A program made the translations under genes and the position numbers. The notes below the pieces were generated by a model, which was not told where the DNA came from, made no database searches, and was given only the letters and a program-made list of their open reading frames with translations. DNA of 57,758 nt, taken from positions 3,942 to 61,699 of the forward strand of contig MFDK01000036.1 of assembly GCA_001776865.1 (NCBI GenBank). The letters are read 5' to 3'. Below, piece by piece: positions 35,523 through 45,027 of the stretch; position 1 is the first letter of the stretch; every line of letters starts with the position of its first letter. This DNA comes from Candidatus Daviesbacteria bacterium RIFCSPLOWO2_01_FULL_37_10 (lineage in GTDB: Bacteria; Patescibacteriota; Microgenomatia; Daviesbacterales; UBA10151).

Positions 35523-36692
35523 ATGGCATACTTTTTGCTAACCTTAAATCTCGCAGTTTTAATATTAAGCTTTTACCTTTTTTTTACAAGGAATAAATTA
35601 AAAACAGTTCTCACAGAAAAAAACAAATTGGATCGGGAAATTTATTTACTTAACCTTGAAAAAATAGCACTAGATGGAGTTTTGCAAGCAATTGACGATG
35701 GAGTCATTATTACTAGTATTGATGGAAATATAGAAATGGTTAGTAAAAAAGCTCTCGATCTTCTGAAAGCTGATCTTTCGCATTTAAAGGATAGGCCAAT
35801 TGACAGTATTATTTCTGTTGATTCCACAAGAAACAAACTATTTACTCAGGATGAGACAAAATTATCTTTAACCACAGGTGAGGTTATTTTGGCAAAAGTG
35901 AGCAGTCTGCCGATTTTAACTGAAGGGGAGGTAAGGGGAACTATCTATACTATACACGATATCACCAAGGAAAAAGAGTTTGAGGAAATGAAGCTGGATT
36001 TTGTGACAATGGCTGCACACCAATTAAGAACACCTTTAACTCTACTTCGAAGTTACTTATCGGTTTTATCTGGACGAATCTTAACCAAACTTAAAAAAGA
36101 TGACAAATTATATCTTGACAGATCTATCCAGGGAGCAAATCAGTTGTCATCTTTAATAGAAAATCTGATCAATATAACTCATATTGAAAACAGGCTCTCT
36201 ATGCAGATAAAACAGCTTCAAATAGCATCTCTGGTAACGGATGTTGTGTATAGCTTAAATGTAATTGGGAAGGAAAAGGGTATAAAAATAAAAATACATA
36301 AGGAAGATTCTCTCCCACTTGTTCCTGGAGACCCGTATTTAATTACACAAGTACTAAATAATCTGATAGTAAACGCCATCGAACACAGCAATAAAGGCAG
36401 AAATATAGATATTAGCATTAGAAATTCTCCCAATGAAATCACAGTAGATGTGAAAGATTATGGTGAGGGCATACCTTATGAGGCTACCAAACATCTATTT
36501 GAAAAATTTTACCAGGCACCAAGTCACCTTGAAGCGGGATCAAAAGGTCAGGGTCTAGGACTATATATTTCTAAAAAAATCATTGAAGCTCACAAAGGCA
36601 AAATTTGGGTAAATAGTATCCAAGGAAGAGGGTCTACCTTTAGCTTCTCTCTACCTGCTTACCAAATACATCCACCAAATCAGTTAGGATAA
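35523..36692 (+). CDS. Sensor histidine kinase (TM-PAS-HisKA-HATPase)
   Basis: H-box MAAHQLRTPL, N-box NLIVNAIEHS, G1 DYGEGIP and G2 GLGLYISKKIIEAHKG. Confidence 0.9.
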   Translation: MAYFLLTLNLAVLILSFYLFFTRNKLKTVLTEKNKLDREIYLLNLEKIALDGVLQAIDDGVIITSIDGNIEMVSKKALDLLKADLSHLKDRPIDSIISVDSTRNKLFTQDETKLSLTTGEVILAKVSSLPILTEGEVRGTIYTIHDITKEKEFEEMKLDFVTMAAHQLRTPLTLLRSYLSVLSGRILTKLKKDDKLYLDRSIQGANQLSSLIENLINITHIENRLSMQIKQLQIASLVTDVVYSLNVIGKEKGIKIKIHKEDSLPLVPGDPYLITQVLNNLIVNAIEHSNKGRNIDISIRNSPNEITVDVKDYGEGIPYEATKHLFEKFYQAPSHLEAGSKGQGLGLYISKKIIEAHKGKIWVNSIQGRGSTFSFSLPAYQIHPPNQLG

Positions 36693-39430
36693 TGGCATTT
36701 TTTGTATTTTTTTCCAGAGTTACACCAGCATGGGTCGTTGCGGCCTATTTTTCCATGAGGTTTATTCAGTTGTCCCTGGCCTCCGTAAGATTCCTGGGTC
36801 ACAACTTGTCCACCACGCTCAATAGTTACCTTGGTTTCACCGGGAATCTCCTGGGAACCTATTGGTTCACTTACTATACCCTGCTCTACATTAGACCTTT
36901 CTACGCTTACTTTTACACCTATCTCAGCTGCTTCTTGCTCCACTCCAACTTCTATTTCCGGATGAACTTCTTTGGCACCCTCCAAAACTGGAACAGGAGC
37001 AAGTACAGATGCCGCCTGAACTGCAACTTTAAAAATTCTATGCACTATTTCAAAATCTATCTCTGCAATTAACTTTTCAAAAAGCTCATATGCCTCTTTC
37101 CTGTATTCCACCAGCGGCTCCCGCCCTGCATAACCCCTAAGTCCAATGCCAGATCTTAGATCATCCATAGTATCAAGGTGTTCAATCCAAAGCTGATCAA
37201 TTGTTGTAAGATATACAAATACCTCCATTTGTCTTGCAAGCTCTACTCCAGCTTTTACTTCTCTCTCTTCGTAAAATCTTTTCGCCAAATCTGATAATAA
37301 CTTAGCTACCTGGTCTATTGTATCCATTTGTTTTACCTGATCTTCAATTTGTTTTTGAGAATCACTGTCAATTGGAATAATTGAAAAAAACTCCCCTACT
37401 ACTTTTTTTGCATCAAGACCTTCCACTGAATGCGTAGTTATAAATTTTTCAATTTCTTTGCCTATTTTTTCTAAAATTTCCTCCTTTAAAGTCGTATCTT
37501 TGCTTTCTGCAGTTTCCAGAACCTGTTTTCGTACTCCATATATTATCTGGCGCTGCTGATTCATTACATCATCATATTCAACCGTGTGTTTTCTGATATC
37601 AAAATTGTGACCTTCGACCTTTTTTTGAGCACCTTCTATGGCCTTCGATACCACCGCGTTCTCTATTGGAACATCTTCAGGCATTTTCAAAAAATTCATA
37701 ACTCTTGCAACCTGATCTCCACCAAAAATTCTCATTAAGTCATCCTCTAAAGAAACAAAAAATCTGGTTTCTCCAGAATCCCCCTGGCGTCCAGATCTTC
37801 CACGAAGCTGATTGTCAATTCGCCTGGATTCATGTCTTTCAGTTCCTATAACAAAAAGTCCGCCAAGTTTTTCCACTCCCTTGCCAAGTTTTATATCAAC
37901 TCCTCTCCCTGCCATATTTGTTGCAACTGTTACTGCCCCCTTCTCGCCGGCTTTTTCAATAATCTCAGCTTCTTTTTCATGATTTTTAGCATTTAAGAGC
38001 GCATGCGAGATCCCTTTTTTCTTCAAGATTTCTGATAAAAATTCATTTTTATCAATAGCTGTTGTTCCAACAAGAACAGGTTGACCTTTCTCATGAAGTT
38101 CTGCCACCAAATTTGCAACTGCACTGTATTTTCCAGTTTGAGTTTTAAAAATCATATCTGCGCGATCTTCTCTTACCATAGGTTTATTAGTCGGGATTGT
38201 TACAGCATCAAGTTTATATATTTTATGGAATTCCTCTGCCTCGGTTTCCGCAGTTCCAGTCATCCCTGCAAGTTTTTCATACATCCTGAAATAATTCTGG
38301 AAAGATATTGTTGCAAGAGTTTCACTTTCCTGCTGAATTTGAACATTTTCTTTTGCTTCAATTGCCTGGTGAAGACCTTCGGAATAGCGTCTCCCAAACA
38401 TAAGCCTTCCTGTAAACTCATCAACTATAATTACCTCTCCATCCTTAACAACATAATCCCTGTCTTTTAAGAATAAAGCTCTAGCCTTAAGCGCCTCTTC
38501 AAGATGGTGAAGCGTTGAAAAATCCTTTTCATAAAGATTATCTACTTTTAGTATTTTTTCAATCTTTAACGTTCCGTGTTCTGTTAAATGTGCGGTTTTT
38601 AGCTTTTCATCAATTACAAAATCCGTTTCCGGATTTAAATTCTGAGTAAGTTCTGCAAATTCATAATATTTTTCAGTTGGTTCCTGTGCCGGCCTTGAAA
38701 TAATAAGGGGGGTCCTTGCCTCATCAATTAAAATAGAGTCAACTTCATCAACTACAGCAAAAAACTGCCCTCTTTGCACCTGATCTGAAAGCTTAAATAG
38801 CATATTATCCCGAAGGTAATCAAATCCAAACTCGTTATTTGTTCCATATGTAATATCAGCGTTATATGCCTCCTTTCTGGAAACAGCGCGAAAATGCTGC
38901 AGCCTTTTATCATCATGCGTTAAATCTTTGTGCTTTGGATCAAAAATAAATGCCTGTTCGTGAATTATTGTTGCAACTGTTGCACCCAAAGCGTTATAAA
39001 TAGGACCCATCCAGCCGGCATCCCGGCGGGCCAGATAATCGTTAACTGTTACAAGATGAGTTCCTTTTCCCGTTATGGCATTTAAAAATAGGGCTGGGGC
39101 TGCAGAAAGAGTTTTTCCTTCACCTGTTCTTTGTTCTGCAATTTTTCCCTGATGCAAAGTAGCTGCAGCAATAAGTTGAACATCATAGTGGCGCTCACCT
39201 ATTGTTCTCTTTGCAGCTTCACGCACTGATGCAAATACCTCCGGAAGGAGTACATCCAAACTTTCACCTTTTTCATACCTTTTTTTAAATTCCTCAAATT
39301 TTCCTGCAAGCTGTTTTGGGCTAAGTTTAGATATTTTTTTCTCAAGGGAGTTTATTTCCTCAATAAGAGATTTGTATTTCTTAATTTCCCGCTCGTTTGA
39401 ATCTAAAAGTTTTCCAAATATTCCTAACAT
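36680..39430 (-). CDS. secA: Preprotein translocase ATPase SecA
   Basis: GEGKTL Walker A, VDEVDSILIDEARTPLIIS, TNMAGRGVDI and a C-terminal zinc finger CWCNSGKKYKKCH. Confidence 0.97.
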   Translation of the reverse strand: MLGIFGKLLDSNEREIKKYKSLIEEINSLEKKISKLSPKQLAGKFEEFKKRYEKGESLDVLLPEVFASVREAAKRTIGERHYDVQLIAAATLHQGKIAEQRTGEGKTLSAAPALFLNAITGKGTHLVTVNDYLARRDAGWMGPIYNALGATVATIIHEQAFIFDPKHKDLTHDDKRLQHFRAVSRKEAYNADITYGTNNEFGFDYLRDNMLFKLSDQVQRGQFFAVVDEVDSILIDEARTPLIISRPAQEPTEKYYEFAELTQNLNPETDFVIDEKLKTAHLTEHGTLKIEKILKVDNLYEKDFSTLHHLEEALKARALFLKDRDYVVKDGEVIIVDEFTGRLMFGRRYSEGLHQAIEAKENVQIQQESETLATISFQNYFRMYEKLAGMTGTAETEAEEFHKIYKLDAVTIPTNKPMVREDRADMIFKTQTGKYSAVANLVAELHEKGQPVLVGTTAIDKNEFLSEILKKKGISHALLNAKNHEKEAEIIEKAGEKGAVTVATNMAGRGVDIKLGKGVEKLGGLFVIGTERHESRRIDNQLRGRSGRQGDSGETRFFVSLEDDLMRIFGGDQVARVMNFLKMPEDVPIENAVVSKAIEGAQKKVEGHNFDIRKHTVEYDDVMNQQRQIIYGVRKQVLETAESKDTTLKEEILEKIGKEIEKFITTHSVEGLDAKKVVGEFFSIIPIDSDSQKQIEDQVKQMDTIDQVAKLLSDLAKRFYEEREVKAGVELARQMEVFVYLTTIDQLWIEHLDTMDDLRSGIGLRGYAGREPLVEYRKEAYELFEKLIAEIDFEIVHRIFKVAVQAASVLAPVPVLEGAKEVHPEIEVGVEQEAAEIGVKVSVERSNVEQGIVSEPIGSQEIPGETKVTIERGGQVVTQESYGGQGQLNKPHGKIGRNDPCWCNSGKKYKKCHYPN

Positions 39431-39505
39431 AACCTACATATTATATATACTTCTTGACAATTATTCACTATATCTTTTAAACTAACATCAAATCTTAAAC
39501 TGCCT

Positions 39506-40582
39506 ATGGATCCAAATAACCCTGACCCAAATAAAATTACCCCTCAGCCGGACTTAAATTCAATTCCCTCCAGTGCACCACAAACACCTGATTTATCCTC
39601 CACTCCTCCACCTCCACCACCGAGTGCTGCTGATTTACCAGCAATTCCTACGCCAACTGAAACCACACCTCCTGTACCAACCATATCTCCCGATGCAAGT
39701 TCATTTTCTGCCCCTACTCAACTTCCGGATTTAACTTCTGCAACGCAGTCGCCAATGTCAGAACCTGCATCTATTGCACCATTTCCAGGTAATCCACAAA
39801 ACGAATTTGCAACATCAACTTTAACAGGCAATACAGCTGCTGGTACCTCCATGCCGCCGCCTGATACCTCATTCCAGTCTGATCCGGGAGTAATGCCTAA
39901 CCAAAACCCCTTTGGAGGTGCACCGGAATCCGCCACAGCTGATTTAATTCCTACTCCAACATTTACACCACCTCCATCCCCAGCTGAGACGGGATCTACT
40001 GAAAATCCCGCGAACGCTTCTGATTTCAGCACTCCTACCAGCAGTTTTAACTGGTCAGATAATCAAAATGCTGCGGGTACTCTTTCAAATGATCCGTTTA
40101 ATTTTTCGAATCCTTCCGAATCAAATCCAGCTGAACCTGCACCTTCTGATTTATCACATCTTGTTAATGCATCCGAAGGTATGAATCCTCCTGGACAGGA
40201 TTCTGCTCCCACACTAGCCCAACCTGAAACTCTTACGCCCGGAGCAGTTACCTCAAATGACGTACCTAATGTTCCAACAGAAGAAAATCATAAAAGTTTT
40301 CCTAAATGGATAATAGGAGTGGGTGTCGGTTTACTTTTGGCAGTAGCCGGAGCATCAGCATACTTTATTCTAGGAATAGGAAAAACATCTCTTCAGGGAA
40401 GTATCCCGGCTGCAGAAGATAATGTCCAGGCTACAATAGCGCCGCCTATTATCCAACCAACTCTAGTTCCTACAATTGCAATCCCAACCGTAACTCCTTC
40501 AGCAGGGGTAAGTTTACCCGGGGGTTCCGGCACCCAAGCCACCTCAGCAGCAGACCTACTCAGACAGAGACAGGGGAGGTAA
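39506..40582 (+). CDS. Proline-rich, largely low-complexity membrane protein
   Basis: ~265 aa of P/T/S/A-rich sequence, one TM (WIIGVGVGLLLAVAGASAYFIL) and a P/T/I-rich tail. Locally GC-richer than its surroundings. Confidence 0.5.
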   Translation: MDPNNPDPNKITPQPDLNSIPSSAPQTPDLSSTPPPPPPSAADLPAIPTPTETTPPVPTISPDASSFSAPTQLPDLTSATQSPMSEPASIAPFPGNPQNEFATSTLTGNTAAGTSMPPPDTSFQSDPGVMPNQNPFGGAPESATADLIPTPTFTPPPSPAETGSTENPANASDFSTPTSSFNWSDNQNAAGTLSNDPFNFSNPSESNPAEPAPSDLSHLVNASEGMNPPGQDSAPTLAQPETLTPGAVTSNDVPNVPTEENHKSFPKWIIGVGVGLLLAVAGASAYFILGIGKTSLQGSIPAAEDNVQATIAPPIIQPTLVPTIAIPTVTPSAGVSLPGGSGTQATSAADLLRQRQGR

Positions 40583-40605
40583 GCTATAGTAAGTAAAATT
40601 TTAAG

Positions 40606-41424
40606 CTAAACTTTCAAATTAAAAACTTCTTTCGCGTTCTTCCAGAATACTAATTCTTTTTCTTCTTCAGTCATTATTAATTGATTAGAAACTTCTAAAT
40701 ATTCTTTTTGTGGATAAAGTGGCCAATCAGTTCCAAACATACATTTTTTAAATCCAGCAAATATTTTGAAATCTTTTAACTGTCTAATAAACATCTCAAC
40801 CTCTTCTGGATCTAGCGATTGATATTCAGTAAAGTAACCAGAGAAATCCATATAAACATTCTTATTTTTGGCAACAACAGCTGCACAATCCATTATCCAG
40901 GGGTTTCCCGTATGAGCCATAACAATCTTTAGGTTGGGGAAAGTATCTGCTACCTCATCTATAGTTAAAGGATGAGAACTCTTAAGAAGCCCGGGGAATC
41001 CCGTTTCCAGCATCCCGGTATGATATATAACTGGAAAATTATAATCCTGGCAAAATTTATAAATAGGGTGCAGTTTAGAATCATTCGCATGGTATTTCTG
41101 ATATCCCAAATAAAATTTAACCCCTACAATCTTCTTTTCTTTTAAATAGCCAGTCATTTCATTTATCTGCTTATCTATTGAGTCGTTATAATCTATTCTC
41201 CCCACCGGTATTAAACGCGGTGATTTCTCACAAACTTTAATTATCTCTTCAACGGTTAATTGCCTATTTTCAGGTTGTTCTTCAAGGGTAATTAAAATAG
41301 AATAATCAATTCCAGCTTCATCCATAGAGGCAAGCAAATCTCGCGGAGTCCATATTTTTCCGCCCATTTTGCCTACATGTGTATGTACATCAATAATCAT
41401 ATTTTGTTTATATATTTTAACCAA
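40606..41424 (-). CDS. Amidohydrolase-2 family metal-dependent hydrolase (TIM barrel)
   Basis: IIDVHTHVGK at the N-terminus, plus MAHTGNPW and FGTDWP motifs. Confidence 0.8.
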   Translation of the reverse strand: MVKIYKQNMIIDVHTHVGKMGGKIWTPRDLLASMDEAGIDYSILITLEEQPENRQLTVEEIIKVCEKSPRLIPVGRIDYNDSIDKQINEMTGYLKEKKIVGVKFYLGYQKYHANDSKLHPIYKFCQDYNFPVIYHTGMLETGFPGLLKSSHPLTIDEVADTFPNLKIVMAHTGNPWIMDCAAVVAKNKNVYMDFSGYFTEYQSLDPEEVEMFIRQLKDFKIFAGFKKCMFGTDWPLYPQKEYLEVSNQLIMTEEEKELVFWKNAKEVFNLKV

Positions 41425-41666
41425 AAATCTTTGAAAAAGGGGATTGAGAGGGTAGAAAGAATAAATGCAAGTGATGGAACCAGGGCATTTTTGAAAGGCT
41501 CAGCTATTCCACTGTAATAAAAGAATACTCCAATTACAATATAAGTTAAAATAGCAATGACAGTTTTTCTAGTCCAAGAAGTTTCCCAAACTTTATCTGA
41601 TTCAACTTTTTTATTTCTTTCTTTAATTTTATTAATTTCGATTTCCAATTCTTGTATGGTATTCAT
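41397..41666 (-). CDS. Small membrane protein (89 aa)
   Basis: Coiled N-terminus followed by two hydrophobic helices. Overlaps the amidohydrolase start by 28 nt. Confidence 0.45.
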   Translation of the reverse strand: MNTIQELEIEINKIKERNKKVESDKVWETSWTRKTVIAILTYIVIGVFFYYSGIAEPFKNALVPSLAFILSTLSIPFFKDFWLKYINKI

Positions 41667-41676
41667 ATTTCCTTCT

Positions 41677-41702
41677 GCTTTAATGATTTAAATCATTAAA
41701 GC
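41677..41702. repeat. Perfect 26 bp palindrome gctttaatgatttaaatcattaaagc abutting the deaminase stop codon
   Basis: 13+13 nt perfectly self-complementary. Lies between co-directional minus-strand genes. Confidence 0.6.
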
Positions 41703-41703
41703 A

Positions 41704-42192
41704 CTATGAATGGAAAAGTTTTAGACATTCTTCTCGCATAAAATCAGGAATAAGTGTTGGACTTGGTATTGATCTCTTAAATACATAACTTGCCGGTATA
41801 TCAATTGTTCTCCATCTCCAGTTATGATTGCCATTTTTTATGGCATATTCTTTCATATCTTCTAATCTGGCCCCTACTACCACAAATGGAATTTGTGCCA
41901 TTGAGATAGCCCCGGCACACATTGGACATGGCTCATGGGTGGTGTAAACCACACAATCTGTTAAATGCCTATATCCTAATAGCTTTGATGCTCTTTCAAT
42001 AACAATTTTTTCAGCATGTGCAGTGGCAAGCTGATTACGTCTAGTTCTGTTCCCAGAAGCAATCACCAATTTGTCGTTCTTTATAATTACTGAACCGACA
42101 GCATAATCACCATCTGCTCTTGCCCCTTGAGCTTCAGCTATTGCCATTTCCATAAAATCTGTTAGTGGAGTATATCTTTCATTACTTATCAT
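41704..42192 (-). CDS. CMP/dCMP-type zinc deaminase (TadA/guanine-deaminase-like)
   Basis: HAE...PCPMCAGAI zinc-binding motifs. The longest ORF (to 42261) overlaps serS by 80 nt, so I chose ATG 42192 (11 nt overlap). ATG 42153 is also possible. Confidence 0.8.
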   Translation of the reverse strand: MISNERYTPLTDFMEMAIAEAQGARADGDYAVGSVIIKNDKLVIASGNRTRRNQLATAHAEKIVIERASKLLGYRHLTDCVVYTTHEPCPMCAGAISMAQIPFVVVGARLEDMKEYAIKNGNHNWRWRTIDIPASYVFKRSIPSPTLIPDFMREECLKLFHS

Positions 42193-43465
42193 GTTTTTTG
42201 GGCAGGATTTCTGAAAAACCGGTATATTTTTGTAAAATTTCCGGAATTTTAATTGAACCATCTTCTTGTTGGAGATTCTCTAAAAGGGCAATTAAAATTC
42301 TAGGGGAGGCGAGTACTGTATTGTTTAAAGTGTACACAAAATGCGTTTGACCGCTCTTTGTTTTGTATTTAAGGTTTAATCTTCTGGCTTGCCAGTCAGT
42401 AAGATTTGAATTCGAATGAGTTTCGCCGTATCCCTCACGAGATGGCATCCAGGTTTCTATATCATTCATCCTATATTTTCCAGCTCCCATATCACCTGTT
42501 GATGTTGCAATTACATGGTAGGGGAGACCTAATTCCTGTAATATATTTTCAGAAATTTTTTGCATCTGCTTAAAAAAATCCTCCGACTCCTCCAAATTAT
42601 TTCTACATATAATTACTTGTTCAACTTTATCAAATTCATGCACTCTATACAGTCCCCTTGTATCCCGTCCATAATCACCTATTTCTGATCTATAACAATG
42701 AGTTAGTGCACATACTTTAATAGGTAATTCTTCTTCCAGTAAAGTTCTATCCATAAAATAAGCTAGCAGTGATGGTTCTGAAGTCCCCGCAAGATACAGA
42801 GGATTTCTAACCTCTTCTCCGCTTGCAAGTTTCTCAGGATTTCCAATTTGATATGTATTATCTTTTCCGAATGGAATATGCCCGCTGCCTATCAAGGCTT
42901 TTTCATGAACTAAAGTTGGCGGGATTAAAGGAGTAAAACCTTCGTCCACTATCTTATCAAAAGCAAAGTTAAGAACTGCCAGGTGCAGAATTGCTCCTTG
43001 ATTCTTTAAATAATAGCCTCTGAAACCTGAAGTTTTTACTCCAACTTCTGTATCAATAATATCCAGCAGCCTCCCAAGTTCTAAATGATCTTTTACTTTA
43101 AAATTAAATTTTGGAATTTCTCCCCACTTGGAAATTTCTACATTCGAATCGCTATTTGATCCAACTGGAGCGTCATCAGAGGGAATATTCGGAACATAAA
43201 GCATTAGACTCTGAAACGTATCTTCCTCTATCTTTAACTCATCTTCCAACCCATCAAGTTGTTCCTTTACTTGTTTACCTTTTTCTATATTCCTGTCTTT
43301 TGCAGCAGTATTTCTTTGTTGACGCAAATCATCAACTTTAGCGATTAAATCCCGTCTTTTTTTATCAACTTCCAAAAGCTCATCAATATCAATATCTACG
43401 CCCTTATCACTAACAGCTTTTTTTACAATATCTATATTTTCTCTAATAAAATTAATGTCTAACAT
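42182..43465 (-). CDS. serS: Seryl-tRNA synthetase
   Basis: N-terminal coiled-coil arm, class II motif 2 YRSEIGDYGRDTRGLYRVHEFDKVE and motif 3 region. Confidence 0.96.
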   Translation of the reverse strand: MLDINFIRENIDIVKKAVSDKGVDIDIDELLEVDKKRRDLIAKVDDLRQQRNTAAKDRNIEKGKQVKEQLDGLEDELKIEEDTFQSLMLYVPNIPSDDAPVGSNSDSNVEISKWGEIPKFNFKVKDHLELGRLLDIIDTEVGVKTSGFRGYYLKNQGAILHLAVLNFAFDKIVDEGFTPLIPPTLVHEKALIGSGHIPFGKDNTYQIGNPEKLASGEEVRNPLYLAGTSEPSLLAYFMDRTLLEEELPIKVCALTHCYRSEIGDYGRDTRGLYRVHEFDKVEQVIICRNNLEESEDFFKQMQKISENILQELGLPYHVIATSTGDMGAGKYRMNDIETWMPSREGYGETHSNSNLTDWQARRLNLKYKTKSGQTHFVYTLNNTVLASPRILIALLENLQQEDGSIKIPEILQKYTGFSEILPKKHDK

Positions 43466-43517
43466 ATTGATAATGTATTAATTTTCAATCTTCGCTTGTA
43501 AGATTTATATCTAACAT

Positions 43518-44978
43518 TTACCTCTTCTTCCTTTCGGGACGCAGCATAGGAAATGGTATCACATCTGCAATGGCTGGACTATTAGTCATTACCATAACCC
43601 ACCTGTCTAACCCCGGACCAATTCCGGAAGTTGGCGGCATACCGTATTCCAAAGCTGTCAGAAAATCTTCATCTAATTTTTGAGCTTCAGGGTTTCCCTC
43701 TTTGGCTTTCTTTTTTTCTGCAAGCCAGGCTTTTCTTAGTTCTTCCGGATCATTTTGCTCAGAATAATTTGTCCCCATTTCCATCCCTGCAACATAAATA
43801 TCAAAGCTTTCCACAAATTTAGGGTTCTCAGTTTTTCTTTTAGCCAATGGATAAAAATCAGCTGGATAATCATAAACAAAAGTAGGCTGAATCAATTGAT
43901 CTGTACATTTTTTCTCAAAAATCTCAAGCAAGATTTCTCCATCTGTCATAAAATCCTTAACTTCGACCCCCAATTTTTTAGCCAAGGAAATAGCCTTTTC
44001 TAGGGTATCTATTTCATAAAAATGAACACCAGTATGACTTTTAAATATATCCACAAGTTTCACTCTATTCCATGGTCTTTTGTAATCAATCAAATTCCCT
44101 TGATACTCAAGTTTTGTTTTTCCGAAAACTGTCTTTGCAGCAAACTCAAACATCTCTTCAATCAAATTCATATTGTCCATATAATCTGCATAAGCTTCCA
44201 TGGTTTCCAGCATAGTAAACTCAGGATTATGATTTCTATCCATACCTTCATTACGAAATGTATGCCCAATTTCAAAAACCTTCTCAAAACCCCCAACAAT
44301 TAATCTTTTTAAATAGAGTTCATTGGATATTCGAAGATATAAATTCATATCCAGGCTGTTGTGATGAGTTTTAAATGGTCTTGCTCTCGTACCGCCATAT
44401 ATTGGCTGAAGCACTGGATTTTCCACCTCAAAATATCCTTTTTTATTTATTAGAAAATCCCGTATAGCGTTGATTATTTTTGACCTGTGCTCCAAGGTTT
44501 GACGAACCTCCGGGTTCATCAGTAAATCTACATATCTTCGTCTGTATCTTTCTTCAACATCTTTTAATCCATACCATTGGCTCGGCAAAGGTCTGGTGGA
44601 TTTTGCCAAAATCTGAAAATCCCTTATGTCAACTGTTATCTCCCCTGCATTTGTTTTTGTAACTTCACCAGTTACTCCAATAAAATCTCCGATATCTAAA
44701 TTGGGCAATAAATCATACTTTCCGCCTGCTAAACTATCCTGTCTAAAAAGCAGTTGGATCTTCCCGGATGCATCTTCTATATCCGCAAAGCTAATTTTTC
44801 CGTGCGGACGAAGAGATCTAATCCTACCAGCTGCAGATACTTTCTTTCCCATTTTTTTAATAGCATCAGAAATTTTAACCCTGTCAAGATTGGATCTTGA
44901 GGGATAAACATTTATCCCGAGCTTTTCTAAATTTTTTAGTTTTTTATACCGTTCTTTCTGTAAATTTTCTAAAGCCAT
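43518..44978 (-). CDS. lysS: Lysyl-tRNA synthetase (class II)
   Basis: OB-fold N-domain, FRNEGMDRNHNPEFTMLE and GIGPGLDRWVMVMT motifs. Confidence 0.96.
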   Translation of the reverse strand: MALENLQKERYKKLKNLEKLGINVYPSRSNLDRVKISDAIKKMGKKVSAAGRIRSLRPHGKISFADIEDASGKIQLLFRQDSLAGGKYDLLPNLDIGDFIGVTGEVTKTNAGEITVDIRDFQILAKSTRPLPSQWYGLKDVEERYRRRYVDLLMNPEVRQTLEHRSKIINAIRDFLINKKGYFEVENPVLQPIYGGTRARPFKTHHNSLDMNLYLRISNELYLKRLIVGGFEKVFEIGHTFRNEGMDRNHNPEFTMLETMEAYADYMDNMNLIEEMFEFAAKTVFGKTKLEYQGNLIDYKRPWNRVKLVDIFKSHTGVHFYEIDTLEKAISLAKKLGVEVKDFMTDGEILLEIFEKKCTDQLIQPTFVYDYPADFYPLAKRKTENPKFVESFDIYVAGMEMGTNYSEQNDPEELRKAWLAEKKKAKEGNPEAQKLDEDFLTALEYGMPPTSGIGPGLDRWVMVMTNSPAIADVIPFPMLRPERKKR

Positions 44979-45027
44979 GCCTAAAGTATAACTTAAGTGG
45001 AAGCTAATTTAAAGGGGACTTAAAAGT

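Noticed and set aside
42193-42261. Extended N-terminus (MVQLKFRKFYKNIPVFQKSCPKN) of the deaminase ORF
   Set aside because: It would overlap serS by 80 nt, and the extension is not part of the deaminase fold. An internal ATG at 42192 or 42153 is more plausible.
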